Shown piece after piece: positions 23,987 to 34,755 of a stretch of 49,036 nt of DNA. The stretch comes from Girardia tigrina (Eukaryota): contig MQRK01221720.1 in NCBI GenBank assembly GCA_001938485.1, positions 1 to 49,036 of the forward strand. The letters are read 5' to 3'. The stretch's first letter is position 1. Every line of letters begins with the position of its first letter. The translations under genes were made by a program, and so were the position numbers. The notes under the pieces are model-generated. The model did no database searches, was not told the DNA's origin, and worked only from the letters and a program-made list of their open reading frames with translations.

Positions 23987-25084
23987 TCACTTTAAATTAT
24001 AATAATAAAAAAATATAAATCTTGTAAAAAGAACAGTATCTTCACCCGATTTATTCTTAATAACATAATATTTTCTATTTCCAAATTCACAATTCCCAAA
24101 AATTGANNNNNNNNNNNNNNNNNNNNNNNNNNNNNNNNNNNNNNNNNNNNNNNNNNNNNNNNNNNNNNNNNNNNNNNNNNNNNNNNNNNNNNNNNNNNNN
24201 NNNNNNNNNNNNNNNNNNNNNNNNNNNNNNNNNNNNNNNNNNNNNNNNNNNNNNNNNNNNNNNNNNNNNNNNNNNNNNNNNNNNNNNNNNNNNNNNNNNN
24301 NNNNNNNNNNNNNNNNNNNNNNNNNNNNNNNNNNNNNNNNNNNNAATATCTCATTATCTTTTATTCTATTAAATAATAAACACAAATTTTGAAGACTAAG
24401 ATTAAATAATATATCTTGAATATTATATTTTTTTAATGTTGCATCATCAACTTCTTCTGGTTTCATAATCTCATTTTCTTTAGGGATATGGAAATTATAC
24501 CGTCTCGAATTTTCTGCTAATGTAACTAAAGATGAATGGATTTTTCGTTTTTGACTTACTAATAATTTGACTTCTTTGCTATAATTGAAAACATAATTAA
24601 TTTTTAAATTCATATCCCAAATTGGTTTTAAAATTGTTAGACAATCAATTTTTTCATCTAATCTTTCAATTTCTTTTGAACTTACATCTTTCTTGATATT
24701 CGCCTCTATTTTCATGGATTTAATATTTTCAATTTGTTTCTTCATTTCATCTTGATATTTATTAAATTGTTCCACCATTGAATTAATCGTAAGTTTCAAA
24801 TTTATAATACTTTTCTCGACATCCATATTCCGAATCATAATTTTATCCTCAACTTTCAAAGAATTCACAGGATCGTCACCCCGCTCATTCACAAATATCT
24901 TTTCTAAGTTTTTATTATTCACCTCTATAGTTTTATTTATTTTTTCTGTATTCACATATCTCCTATCCGATTCTGATAATATTATCCGATTATTTGCTTG
25001 AATTTTTTCAAATATTTTTTCTTCTCGCATTCCACCAATCTGCATCACCATTCCTAATTTATTCACAGGAATTTAATTATTCAT
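23987..25084 (-). CDS. Polinton coiled-coil protein (possible fibre-like), with an assembly gap
   Basis: Long ORF with heptad-like segments. The likely ATG at 25084 is followed by an in-frame TAA at codon 4. N run at about 24107-24344. Confidence 0.5.
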
Positions 25085-25123
25085 TTTTTTATTCTTTTTC
25101 AAAGTAAAAAAAAATATTTTAAA

Positions 25124-25591
25124 TTATAATAAACTCTCCGGCCATAAACAATCTAACATTTCCTCAATTATATCATCAAACTTTTGCGTCTTATTACCGC
25201 ATACACACTGATTCATTTTAAATAAAAAAAATAAACTCAATTGTCCACATAGTCTCGTTCAGAAGGGTTGTACTTGTCCAGAATTATATATACATTTTGG
25301 AAAATCCGGTAAAGGCTCTATTCCATACGGATCGAAGTAGAAAGATTTTGGCTCTTTCTCAAATTCTTTTTCCCCATTAAAATATCCCACCCAATGACTC
25401 CCCTGCTCATCCGAATCCTGGTAATTTATTATTGATAATTTTTTATTATTTAATTTTTCTTCAACCTCATCCGCCATCAAGACTTGTATTTCAATTTTTA
25501 ATTTTCTTGCCCAATTTTCAAGTTGAATATTTGTTGAAGTGTCAACTCCGAACATTTGCATTATATCTTGTAAGTTGTAAAATTCTATCAT
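25124..25591 (-). pseudogene. Adenain/Ulp1-like cysteine protease (Polinton PRO) with one in-frame stop
   Basis: IINY...GSHWV (His), YFDPYG (Asp), Q.Q...CGQ (Cys). TGA at 25259-25261 lies just before the catalytic Cys and the frame continues to TAA at 25124. Confidence 0.88.
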
Positions 25592-25596
25592 TTTTT

Positions 25597-26363
25597 TTAC
25601 TTTTCTATTATTTGTCTCAGTCTCAAACATAAATTAATTCGCTCATTTCGGAAATCAATTAATCGTCCTTTGTTGTCAATAATTCTCACAGTAAAATCAT
25701 TTATCTGATANNNNNNNNNNNNNNNNNNNNNNNNNNNNNNNNNNNNNNNNNNNNNNNNNNNNNNNNNNNNNNNNNNNNNNNNNNNNNNNNNNNNNNNNNN
25801 ATATTTATATCGGTTATCTGAAAAGTATATTTCGATTCAAAATTTTCCATTGGTCCTGTTAAGAGAATATTTTCCACATCAAAGAAATAGTTGAATTTGG
25901 ATTTTTCGAATCCATGCATTGAGTGNNNNNNCGATTGATTAGTGAATTCAATGGAATAATTATCCAGGATCTTGATTCGGGATTTTGATGTTTTCTCATC
26001 TGTCTCCACTTTCACTGCTCCATTCGTTAATTTAAAAATTTCCTCATTGATATCTTTATACTCCCAAGCACCCTCTTTCAAATCAAGTTTTGTATAAAAA
26101 TAAGCATCATTGTTTTCTCCCCGAATAAGCGAATTCCTAATTCCCTTGATTTCCTTTGGTAAATCTTTTCCTTTATGTAGAATAATAAAAGAATTGTTTT
26201 CCGAAGTGACATTTGCAACAGTATTATAAGTTGAAAACCAGACCAATCCGATTTCGTATTTATACCGCGGATTCAAATCCAACTGAATAGGCAGCTTAAC
26301 CTTGATTTCCGATTTCGCAGCAGAAATTGTAAACGTTGTAGAAAATCCACTAGTCTCGCCCAT
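25597..26363 (-). CDS. Minor capsid protein (penton)
   Basis: YEIGLVWFSTYNTVANV...NNSF and GAWEYKDIN. After the N gap the C-terminus reads IIDNKGRLIDFRNERINLCLRLR. Confidence 0.85.
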
Positions 26364-27543
26364 TTTTATCAAATATTTTTTTCAATAATTCCTCTTGTTT
26401 TTCTTTTGATAATAATTTTTTTCGTCTTAATTTCTTCATAATATTCAAAATATTATCATCCAAACCATCATGACCAGCCTTCTTTGCAGCGATATATTTG
26501 TACAAATATGAAAACATCGAAATCGGGTCTTTGGGTATTCCCCTACCAGCTGTTTTTCTTTGTGGAGCTGGTGATTGAATAGTATCGAAAAATGCTTCTT
26601 TTTCTTCCTCTTTCTTTTTCGCTTGTTTCTCAAACTCTTCATTCTGCTTCCGCTCTTCATCCGTGAATCCTTTTATTTCTTTTGGTCCCACTTCTCCCTT
26701 CAGTTTTCGCAAAGCATCATCACAGAAATCAACATACTTAATAGTAATATCCTGATAATTGAATCCCGCATTTTTTATCAATAATAAATATTTTTCGAAA
26801 GATTTCTCTTTTTGTTCCACAGTATATCTTTCATCGTAAATAATATCATAATTACCAATTAGAATATTATTGAATAAGTCATCAACCTCAACTCTAAAAC
26901 CCGCATTTGATTTCACAAAATACAATTTTCCTTCTATATTGGTTAAAATATATGTATGTTTGTTTAATTCCATATATTGATATCCCTGTGCATGCTTTCC
27001 AAATTTCGGAATCAAAGTTGTCTTAAGTCCAAAATTATCTTTATATTGTGTTTGCTCAAATAACTCAATGTATGGTTGTGCGCGATGAGATATGAATACT
27101 GTTCCCAATTTCTGTGCCAATTGCTCTAAATATTTTTTTGCTTCAGCCTGATGACTGGTAATATATTCCTTATCTTGGGGATATTTCTCGGTCATTTCCT
27201 GCATTATCGGAGTTAATTCTTGTTGGATTAATAAATATTCCTGTTGATACTGATCAAAAAAAGATTTGGATTTTATATTATCATAATTCTTTATATCGAC
27301 TTCGAGAAATCGTTTGAGATCATTTTCCAATTTAATGACTTTGGTTTTTAGAGCTGAGATTCTGTCTGTGATGGGGCCTTGCATTCCAGTTAATAAAGGT
27401 TGAAACATTTTTGACATTGACGTTTGAAAATCCATAGCACCAGTCCGGTATTCCCGCTCTTGGTCATTATACTGTTGAAATGCTCTAACTTTTTCTCTTA
27501 ATGAATTCTGTAAATAATTAAGATATTTTTGATGGTCATTCAT
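26350..27543 (-). CDS. Conserved Polinton PZ-like (putative core) protein
   Basis: N-terminal SKMFQPL and C-terminal GRG.PKDP......L...IAAKKAGH....NI..I..KL pattern typical of the Maverick ORF next to penton. Confidence 0.7.
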   Translation of the reverse strand: MNDHQKYLNYLQNSLREKVRAFQQYNDQEREYRTGAMDFQTSMSKMFQPLLTGMQGPITDRISALKTKVIKLENDLKRFLEVDIKNYDNIKSKSFFDQYQQEYLLIQQELTPIMQEMTEKYPQDKEYITSHQAEAKKYLEQLAQKLGTVFISHRAQPYIELFEQTQYKDNFGLKTTLIPKFGKHAQGYQYMELNKHTYILTNIEGKLYFVKSNAGFRVEVDDLFNNILIGNYDIIYDERYTVEQKEKSFEKYLLLIKNAGFNYQDITIKYVDFCDDALRKLKGEVGPKEIKGFTDEERKQNEEFEKQAKKKEEEKEAFFDTIQSPAPQRKTAGRGIPKDPISMFSYLYKYIAAKKAGHDGLDDNILNIMKKLRRKKLLSKEKQEELLKKIFDKNGRD

Positions 27544-27886
27544 TTTTAATATTTAAATCAGCTAGCCGTTTAACAATTCGTTCCTCTTCTCGTTCCTGTT
27601 TTGCTAATAATTTTGCCAGGATTTCTTGCTCTAGTAATTTCAATTTTAATCTTTTTTCCTCAGCTCGAGCCCTGATCTCGTCTTCCGATTTCACAGGTTT
27701 CTGTTGTCGATCGTGAAATTGATAACCCTCGTTTCTGCGAACGTATAATCTTTTTTTAATTTTTTCATTATATTTCTGTCGAGCGGCTTTCTCTCTTCGT
27801 AATTGTTCTGGGAGAGTCTGCATAAAATTATACAAATCATTGACATTAACAGGTTTATTCTTTTTTATTTTTTTATTAGTATTCAT
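27536..27886 (-). CDS. Polinton basic, helical hypothetical protein
   Basis: 116-aa K/R/E-rich ORF overlapping both neighbours by a few bases. Confidence 0.6.
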   Translation of the reverse strand: MNTNKKIKKNKPVNVNDLYNFMQTLPEQLRREKAARQKYNEKIKKRLYVRRNEGYQFHDRQQKPVKSEDEIRARAEEKRLKLKLLEQEILAKLLAKQEREEERIVKRLADLNIKNE

Positions 27887-28536
27887 TTTCTATTATTCCC
27901 GGAATTCGGATCCCAAGGTTCCAAGTACAAACCTTTCCCGGTGAATCGACATTTCAATTTCCCACCCAATTTCCGATTCCGAGCTAATAATTTATTTTTT
28001 GATTTTTTATCTTTATTTGTTTGATTAATCTGTTCACGAAAAAAATTCTGAATTCCTTTACCAGTATAATCGTCCCAATACAACCCTTCTCCTTCGTCTT
28101 CATCATCTTCATAATCTTCATTTTCATAATCTTCATCATCGTAATCATCTTCATCTTCTATTCCTTTTCCTTTTTTTCCTTTTTTCCGCAATCCCGATCC
28201 TGATTTTCCTAAAGAACTTCGAATAGCTAATTCAGCAATAGGTAATATAGCTTTCATTATAGGACTTAATTCTCCGCCTTTTGATTTTTTCTTTAATCCC
28301 GATCCTGTTGGCGTGGCTGGCGTGGCTGCTTTGGCTGCAATTTCTTGTTGCAATTTCTGGTTTTGTAATCTAATACCCTCGGTTTCAGCCTGATTTTTCT
28401 GTGCTTCTTTTGCTTTTTGNNNNGTTGTTGCAACTCCGGCTGCTGCGCCGCCTAAACCGCCAACAACAGTCATAATTAATGGAATTAATGCCGCCAGTGG
28501 TAATAATCCGCCAGAATGGTATTTATCCCCAATCAT
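27883..28536 (-). CDS. pX/pVII-like core protein precursor
   Basis: GGLLPLAALIPLI...GG motif resembling adenovirus pX, repeated GxG sites (TGSG, SGSG, KGKG, EGEG, TGKG) and terminal GLYLEPW. The 5' part (to about 28668) appears disrupted. Confidence 0.7.
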   Translation of the reverse strand: MIGDKYHSGGLLPLAALIPLIMTVVGGLGGAAAGVATXXQKAKEAQKNQAETEGIRLQNQKLQQEIAAKAATPATPTGSGLKKKSKGGELSPIMKAILPIAELAIRSSLGKSGSGLRKKGKKGKGIEDEDDYDDEDYENEDYEDDEDEGEGLYWDDYTGKGIQNFFREQINQTNKDKKSKNKLLARNRKLGGKLKCRFTGKGLYLEPWDPNSGNNRK

Positions 28537-28689
28537 TCCTCCTTTCTCTTCTATTTTTTAAATTTTTTTCAACATTTCCCGATTCAAATACATTTCTTTT
28601 CCTCCATATCTTATTAAACCAGGAGTTTGAGTATCTATCAATTTTCGTATTTTTAACGAGTCCGTCATTTTTGTATTTTTACTTTATTT

Positions 28690-30037
28690 TCACTTTCCCT
28701 TGAATGGTTCGATTATCGTGATTTGCGATCCGCGAATAGACATTTCCACCTTGGCTTCCTGGAGAATTACGCAATACATTTTTGGAATAAACGTTTCAGA
28801 TTTTCGAATTAGCAGTGTAACGGAGACATTGTTAAGATCCAAAGTTTTATCAATATCCGAGGTATCGAAACAGACAATTGGATAAAAAGATTTCCAATCT
28901 TTCAGCGATAGCATTGGGGCCTTATCTTGGAATCCGCGGCAGCATTGCACGTAACTATTATATAATTCATAAAAATTCCGATTTTCTGTATTATTCACCA
29001 TTGGCTGGATTGGGTAATAGGTATTATTTAATTTTAATTGAATCGAGAATTCTTTAGGATCCATTTTGAACAGGGAATTATTTTTATTATATCCCGAATT
29101 ATCAGTTTTCATTCCGACGAAAATATATCTTGGTAAATAATTCAGATATGCCGCATTCCACGAGAAAACCTTTTAGGCCGTCAAATCGTATTCCACTGAG
29201 ATTCGCTGGAGAAAATCCACATAAATCGGTTTATCTTTCAGATTCAGCCGATCCACCAATCGGGCATAATAATCAATATTCAACTCCAGTTGATTCATGT
29301 GCAGTTCCAAGGAATTTATTGTAATAGTTCCTTTGGTCCCATTTTTCGCGAAAAAAATATTTGCATTATCCATTTTTCGAACCAATGTGAATTCCAGAAG
29401 AATATTATAAATAACTCGGTTATAATTTTGCAAAAATCCAAAGAGATGTTTCAGCGAGAAAGAGCCTCTGAATTTCATTAAATTGTATTGATTTTTCCGG
29501 ATTTCAAATCCAATATTTTGATATCGCAAACCGACTGGAACTGCAGCTACTGCTGGCGGACCAGCGGCAGCATCTATTTTTTCTCCATAAACCATTTCAT
29601 TGTGATCAGGGATAAAATCGGTTATTTCTCCACAGGGTAAATAGTTTCTATCTTTAGAGACATATAATAACATATCTGATACAACTCCAGGATTATTTAT
29701 CGATTCAACGACATAATTTCCTAATTTTAATGACATACATGTAAATAATTTCGGGAAGAAATTAGTTTCTAAAACGGTATCACATTCTGTGATTGTGATA
29801 TCATAAACCAGTTTTGCATTACAAATATCTATCGGATCAGTGGTTTGTGATAATTGATAAACTATAGTTCCATTGCTATTCAAATATGCCATTGATCCGG
29901 ATGTTGGCGCCAGTTTTATTACATCGGATTTTTTTCAAAACATGAGAAAATTCTTTATTGTTATCGAAATCTAAAATTCCCAAGAAAATCATTCCTGAGG
30001 TTAATTGATTTATTGGTTTTTCGAAGCTTGTTTCCAT
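28690..30037 (-). pseudogene. Major capsid protein (double jelly-roll, PY) with one frameshift and one in-frame stop
   Basis: LNSNG.I, NFFPKLF...L.LG....ESINNPG, SLKHLFGF...Y.RVI, PRYIFV, LNNTYYP and YPIVCFD. TAA at 29173-29175 is in frame with ORF 28690-29112. A frameshift in an A run near 29935 separates the ATG at 30037. Confidence 0.9.
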
Positions 30038-30048
30038 TTTTAAAATAA

Positions 30049-31384
30049 TTAATTATTTTGTACTTTGCCAATTCGCGTAATCTGTAAATCCGCTTCATAG
30101 AATCGTCCAAATAATTCTTTATCTTTTTCAGGATTTTTCAACTTATAAGTTACAGGATATTCATGATCCAAAACTTGAGAAATTTCATAAATTTCTCGAG
30201 TCCATTTCGGTTCATATCCTTTTTTAAAAGTTTGTAATTTCCGTTCCTGGTTTTTATTACGAGTACCTTCAGGTTTATCTCCGCTAAATATTTTTGTTTC
30301 GAATACCCGAACTCGATCTCCGACTTTGAATTTTGGTTTAACTTTTTTCTTGGGTAATTTTTGAGGTTTTGGAAGCGGAATAACATTATTAAACATTACA
30401 TCGTGCGGTGATACGCGGATAGAGCTATGAATTCTATTATTATAATCAGATAATATTTTTTCCATTTCTAGCTCAGTGATAACTTTCTCACCTTTCTCAG
30501 TAAATAGTTTATAGATTTCAGATTTTAATGTTCTATTAAATCTTTCAATAAAAACAGGTTTTTCCTTTACGAAATACATTTTAATATTATTCGCTTTCAG
30601 GAATTTTTTCTCAAATTCTTTGTTTGTGAATTCAGCTCCCTGATCAACCCATAAATATTTTGGAATTGGTAATTCAGTATTTGTTAATTCCGTTAAGATT
30701 GAAATGAAAGCTTGGATTATCGATTCAGATTTCTTATTGGGAAGAAAACGGAAAAAAACCATATCGTGAATAAATATCTATAACTGTTAAAATGTAATAT
30801 TTCCAAATTTTACGAGTTTGTCCTGATTTTGTTATTGTTGTTGCAACGACACCATTTTCAGTATCCTCTTTCGCGTCAACAGTTATCAAGTCTGCAGACC
30901 AAATCCGATTCAATGATTTAACATTTATTCGAAGAAAGTCTTTATTTTTTTTATGTGCTTTATGTAATTCTTTAGCTAATTGTTTATTATTTTTATTATC
31001 TATTTCCCCACCAAATGCGATTTTACCTTTCATAATTGTTTTTATGAGAAATCTTTCGAATTTTTGACGTAAAGTTAGATCTTGTAATTCATTAATATAG
31101 TGAATAAGATTTACATCCGCCAAGTGCCGATCTCGTAAATCTTCAGATCTGTAAGCGATATCATGTTTGTAGCATGCCTGATCCAATCCATCTACTGGTT
31201 TATTATCTTCACCGATTGGCTGATCTTGATCATCTAATCGAATATCCAATCTTGTTAGAGGACCGCAATAATTTTTACCCGGCAAATGCAGTTCACCGTA
31301 TTTCGTTTTCATAAATCCAGGAATATATTTCGCAAAATTTCCCATAGATTGTTGAACGTCACCTCCTTTTTTAATAATCATCAT
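30049..31384 (-). CDS. Phospholipase A2-retroviral-type integrase fusion, split by a 1-nt frameshift near 30755
   Basis: PLA2: ELHLPGKNYCGP...LDQACYKHDIAY...D. Integrase start in the same ORF: LAKELHK, IWSADL, YILTVIDIYSRY. It continues as LWVDQGAEF, ERFNRTLK, YNNRIHSSI and KGYEPKWTREIY. Confidence 0.9.
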
Positions 31385-31567
31385 TTTTGGAAGTAATTTA
31401 TTTTTAAATAAAAAATTTCCAATACTATCAAGCTATTTCTGTAGACATGATATTAAAGGAATATTGTTAGATAGGAAAGAACAATAATATTTTTAATGTG
31501 TATTCCATGATATGTTATTAACTATTTCAATATTAGTAAAAGAAAATCACAAAGGTTTTATTTTTTA

Positions 31568-32476
31568 TTACTCGCTTTCATCATTTTCAATATCTGAGTG
31601 CATGTTCGGATTTTCGATTGTTATTTCTTCTTCAGTAAATATATTTTTATAAATTTTTTTCTCAGTACGATCGAAATAAATATAATTATATTTTTTCCGC
31701 TGCCATTGATGAATGATTTCCCGCTGATATTCGTTAATATTTTCGCTATTGGGTAAGAGATCAGAAAAGATATAAGATTTATCTCTTTTTCCTAATTCGA
31801 AAAAAATGAATCCAGTGGAATTATTCCGGATAGAATGCTTATCCAATCCGTAGAAAGTTTGGGAAATATATATCGTATTACAATTATTATGTCTTCCCCT
31901 GGTAAAATATGATTTCATTATTTTCTGATCTGACAGATTCACCACGTCATCGAAAATAATGAGATTCTTTGCATCTTTTGGTAGCGAGTCGCAAGCGACG
32001 ATTTGATTGGGATCACTTGAAAATAGGACTGATATCGCTTTTTCAGGATCTCTAATCAAGTATTTTGATTTATCAATATTATTTTTATTATTAATAAATC
32101 TTTTATACGCATAAACGAGATATTCTGGAGGAGGAATATAATCTTTATCAGAATCATTACCTAATTCCTCTTTTATCATTTCCAGTAACATTTTCTGTTT
32201 ATCGAAAATATCGCGTATTCCGGTTTTTGTTAAAGATGATCCATCTTCAAAACGAAAACCACTTGCAATAACTTTCAATTCTGGTTGATCAATAGTTGTG
32301 GAATAAAATATTAAATTATTAAAATCGAGAAATCCGTCTTCTAGTAACATTTTAGTTAATAAAACATTTTTACCACAACCAGATTCACCAACTATTAACA
32401 GTCTGAAATTCTTTGGAGATAATTTGTTTTTAAACTTTGACTCGTACATTGTTAAAATATTCAGTTTTTCCTTCAT
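31568..32476 (-). CDS. A32/FtsK-like genome-packaging ATPase
   Basis: Walker A GESGCGKN, Walker B LIIFDD and YFTRGRHNN...YISQ. Probable ATG at 32476. Confidence 0.92.
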   Translation of the reverse strand: MKEKLNILTMYESKFKNKLSPKNFRLLIVGESGCGKNVLLTKMLLEDGFLDFNNLIFYSTTIDQPELKVIASGFRFEDGSSLTKTGIRDIFDKQKMLLEMIKEELGNDSDKDYIPPPEYLVYAYKRFINNKNNIDKSKYLIRDPEKAISVLFSSDPNQIVACDSLPKDAKNLIIFDDVVNLSDQKIMKSYFTRGRHNNCNTIYISQTFYGLDKHSIRNNSTGFIFFELGKRDKSYIFSDLLPNSENINEYQREIIHQWQRKKYNYIYFDRTEKKIYKNIFTEEEITIENPNMHSDIENDESE

Positions 32477-32672
32477 TTTTAAGTTGGAAAAGTATTTTCC
32501 AAGCTTAAACATACAGAGGCTTCGCCGACCCTTTCGGTATTTTTTTTGTGTCAAAATTTCGAAAATGCAAAAAAAATATTTTTATAAAAAATGTCTGATA
32601 AAAAAAAAATTTCCAACGATTCCGACCAAGAAAAAAAATAAAAAAAATATTAGAAAAATTATTAGAAAAAAA

Positions 32673-33443
32673 ATGAGAACCATGAGATCGGATATCTTCA
32701 CCAAGTCCGATGATGACGAGAAAAATGTGAAATCGACTGGACGCGATTCTGAAACGGAATCAGCAAGTATACCTATAACTCCAAGTCCGAGAGTTCAAAC
32801 TCCTGAAGCTGAATCTGATACCGATTCACCCAAATCAGCCGGATTTGAATCGGCTGATGAAAATAAATTAATAAATGAATTCAAATGCTTATATGAATCC
32901 AAAGATTGGCGTCGGAATCCCAATTTCAATGTTTGCAATTACTGCAAACATGAATTTGATAAATTGGAAAATTATAATACAACAATGCATTATTCTCATA
33001 ATGCATTAGAAAGAAAAATGGAAAGGAAATTAAAAAATAAAGATATACAGATTAAATATCTTAAAGGGGATAACAAATATTTAAAAAGAAGATTTAGAGA
33101 AAAAAATGCCAATATTACTATTAATAATACTATTAATAATACTATTAATATCGGAAAAAAGGACGATGATGAAGATTCCGATGAATCGGAATATGTTAGT
33201 AAAGATTTTCGCCCATCATTGTTTATGAAACCTAAGGAATTATATTTAAGACAAAATATTACTAGTATGCAACAAGAATTATGGTGTTATATTAATGGTA
33301 AAGATTACAGAGCTGAAAGAGCTGAAAGTAATTTTGAAGAAAAACCTAAAAAGGTAAAAACTGGTGGCCGAAAACCAGGGACACCAAATAAAAAGACTTT
33401 GGAAAAAATAAAGGCCATAGAAAATAATAATAATAATATTTAA
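32673..33443 (+). CDS. Polinton hypothetical protein (possible Zn finger, coiled coil, basic tail)
   Basis: ORF from MRTMRSD with an acidic Ser-rich N-terminus, CNYC...H..H and KTGGRKPGTPNK. Confidence 0.6.
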   Translation: MRTMRSDIFTKSDDDEKNVKSTGRDSETESASIPITPSPRVQTPEAESDTDSPKSAGFESADENKLINEFKCLYESKDWRRNPNFNVCNYCKHEFDKLENYNTTMHYSHNALERKMERKLKNKDIQIKYLKGDNKYLKRRFREKNANITINNTINNTINIGKKDDDEDSDESEYVSKDFRPSLFMKPKELYLRQNITSMQQELWCYINGKDYRAERAESNFEEKPKKVKTGGRKPGTPNKKTLEKIKAIENNNNNI

Positions 33444-33632
33444 AATATATAATATCTTTCATTAAATAACCATATTATTTTTATTTTTATTTATAATATG
33501 CCTATACTTTTTAAAAATAAAAATTATATTGGATAGGCTAAAAATAACCCCTTTTTTCATGTATTTTACACTATATTTTATTAACAACTTTAGTTTTCCG
33601 TGGTTTTCCTTAGTTTTCCGTTGTTTAACTTA

Positions 33633-34143
33633 TTAATCCGGTAGATCATTATTTATATTATCAATTTCTTGTAAAGTGGAAATAAATTCACATTCTTCTG
33701 GTGACCAATTATACATTTTATTTAACACTTTTGAAAGTATAGATTTTCGATTATTAAATTTTGGGATAGCTACAGATTTATCCAATATTTCATTTTGTTG
33801 TTTTATCAAATCCTCATATTTCTTTTGTTTGTCTTTATCATCGTTTCCAATTTCTTTCAAGCACATATCTATTTGATTATTTTTTGTATCTATCACATCA
33901 TTTAAATACAGAATCTTTTCATCTTTTTTTTTCCACTTCTTCTGCCAATTCAGCGCAATAATCTACAGCGGTAAACCATTTACTTTTTATATCTACGACC
34001 TCTCCTTTCAATTGAAATATTTGAATGATTTGTTTTCGTCCTTGTTTCGCTTGAGATTTCAAATTCATCGTATCAAATTCTTTTTCAGCATTTGATATTA
34101 ACTTTGATATATTTTTTTTATTTTTTATTTTCGCAAGTTCCAT
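33633..34143 (-). CDS. Polinton coiled-coil hypothetical protein, frameshifted in an A9 run
   Basis: ORFs 33919-34143 and 33633-33896 join as EVEKK-DEKILYLNDVIDTK if one A is removed. Confidence 0.5.
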
Positions 34144-34642
34144 TTTCTTTAAGATAATTTGAATTTCTTTCTTCTAATATTTTCAACATTCTTTCACGAT
34201 TTTCATTTTTAATTTTTTCAGATTCGGATTCCTGATCGGATTCCGATTCATGTGCGGAATATAGTTTTCCTTTTCCAATTTCAACTTCTTTTTTCTGTTT
34301 ATATTTCGGTTTTGAAATCGGTTTAGGTTCTTTTTCTTTATCCATTATTTTCTTTCCTTTTTTCGAAGAAGAAGCAGATGGAACACTATGACGATTCAAA
34401 GATGGAATCCCCATATCTTTTAACATTCTCGCGAATTTGTACTCACTGCTTCCGATTTTCTTACAAGCGTCTTTATGGTTGAGACCTAAGTTTTTATATT
34501 TTTTATATTCTTCTATCATATTTTCGTTTGCTGTATATTCATTATTTATTATCCTTGCGCGAGAATATTCTTTAAGCAATTCAAAGTTGAAATCCTCCAT
34601 TCTTTTCATATTTGCAATATCAAGCGAATTTTTTTTAGTCAT
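34118..34642 (-). CDS. Polinton putative helix-turn-helix protein
   Basis: LNHKDACKKIGSSEYKFARMLKDMG fits an HTH pattern; the tail is basic then acidic. Confidence 0.55.
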   Translation of the reverse strand: MTKKNSLDIANMKRMEDFNFELLKEYSRARIINNEYTANENMIEEYKKYKNLGLNHKDACKKIGSSEYKFARMLKDMGIPSLNRHSVPSASSSKKGKKIMDKEKEPKPISKPKYKQKKEVEIGKGKLYSAHESESDQESESEKIKNENRERMLKILEERNSNYLKENGTCENKK

Positions 34643-34683
34643 TTTTTCTTTAAAATAAAATAACATTTGAAACTATCGGGTGC

Positions 34684-34716
34684 CAAAAAGCTATTCCGAA
34701 GAATAGTTATTTTTTT
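34684..34716. promoter_or_regulatory. Second copy of the hairpin motif, in the divergent intergenic region upstream of pPolB
   Basis: CAAAAAGCTATTCCGAAGAATAG is identical to 22848-22870 and is followed by a T tract. Confidence 0.45.
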
Positions 34717-34755
34717 ATAAATTTTCAAAATACAAAAAAAATTTGAAATAAAAAA

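Noticed and set aside
23992-24372. ORFs consisting largely of X
   Set aside because: Artefacts of the N gap.
32515-32548. Short TTCG-containing stems in the other divergent region (also at 23290)
   Set aside because: Stems of only 2-3 bp with no similarity to the 23-bp motif.
32424-32672. N-terminal 83 codons of ORF 32424-33443 and first 26 codons of the ATPase ORF
   Set aside because: Low-complexity open frames across a divergent intergenic region; better ATGs exist at 32673 and 32476.
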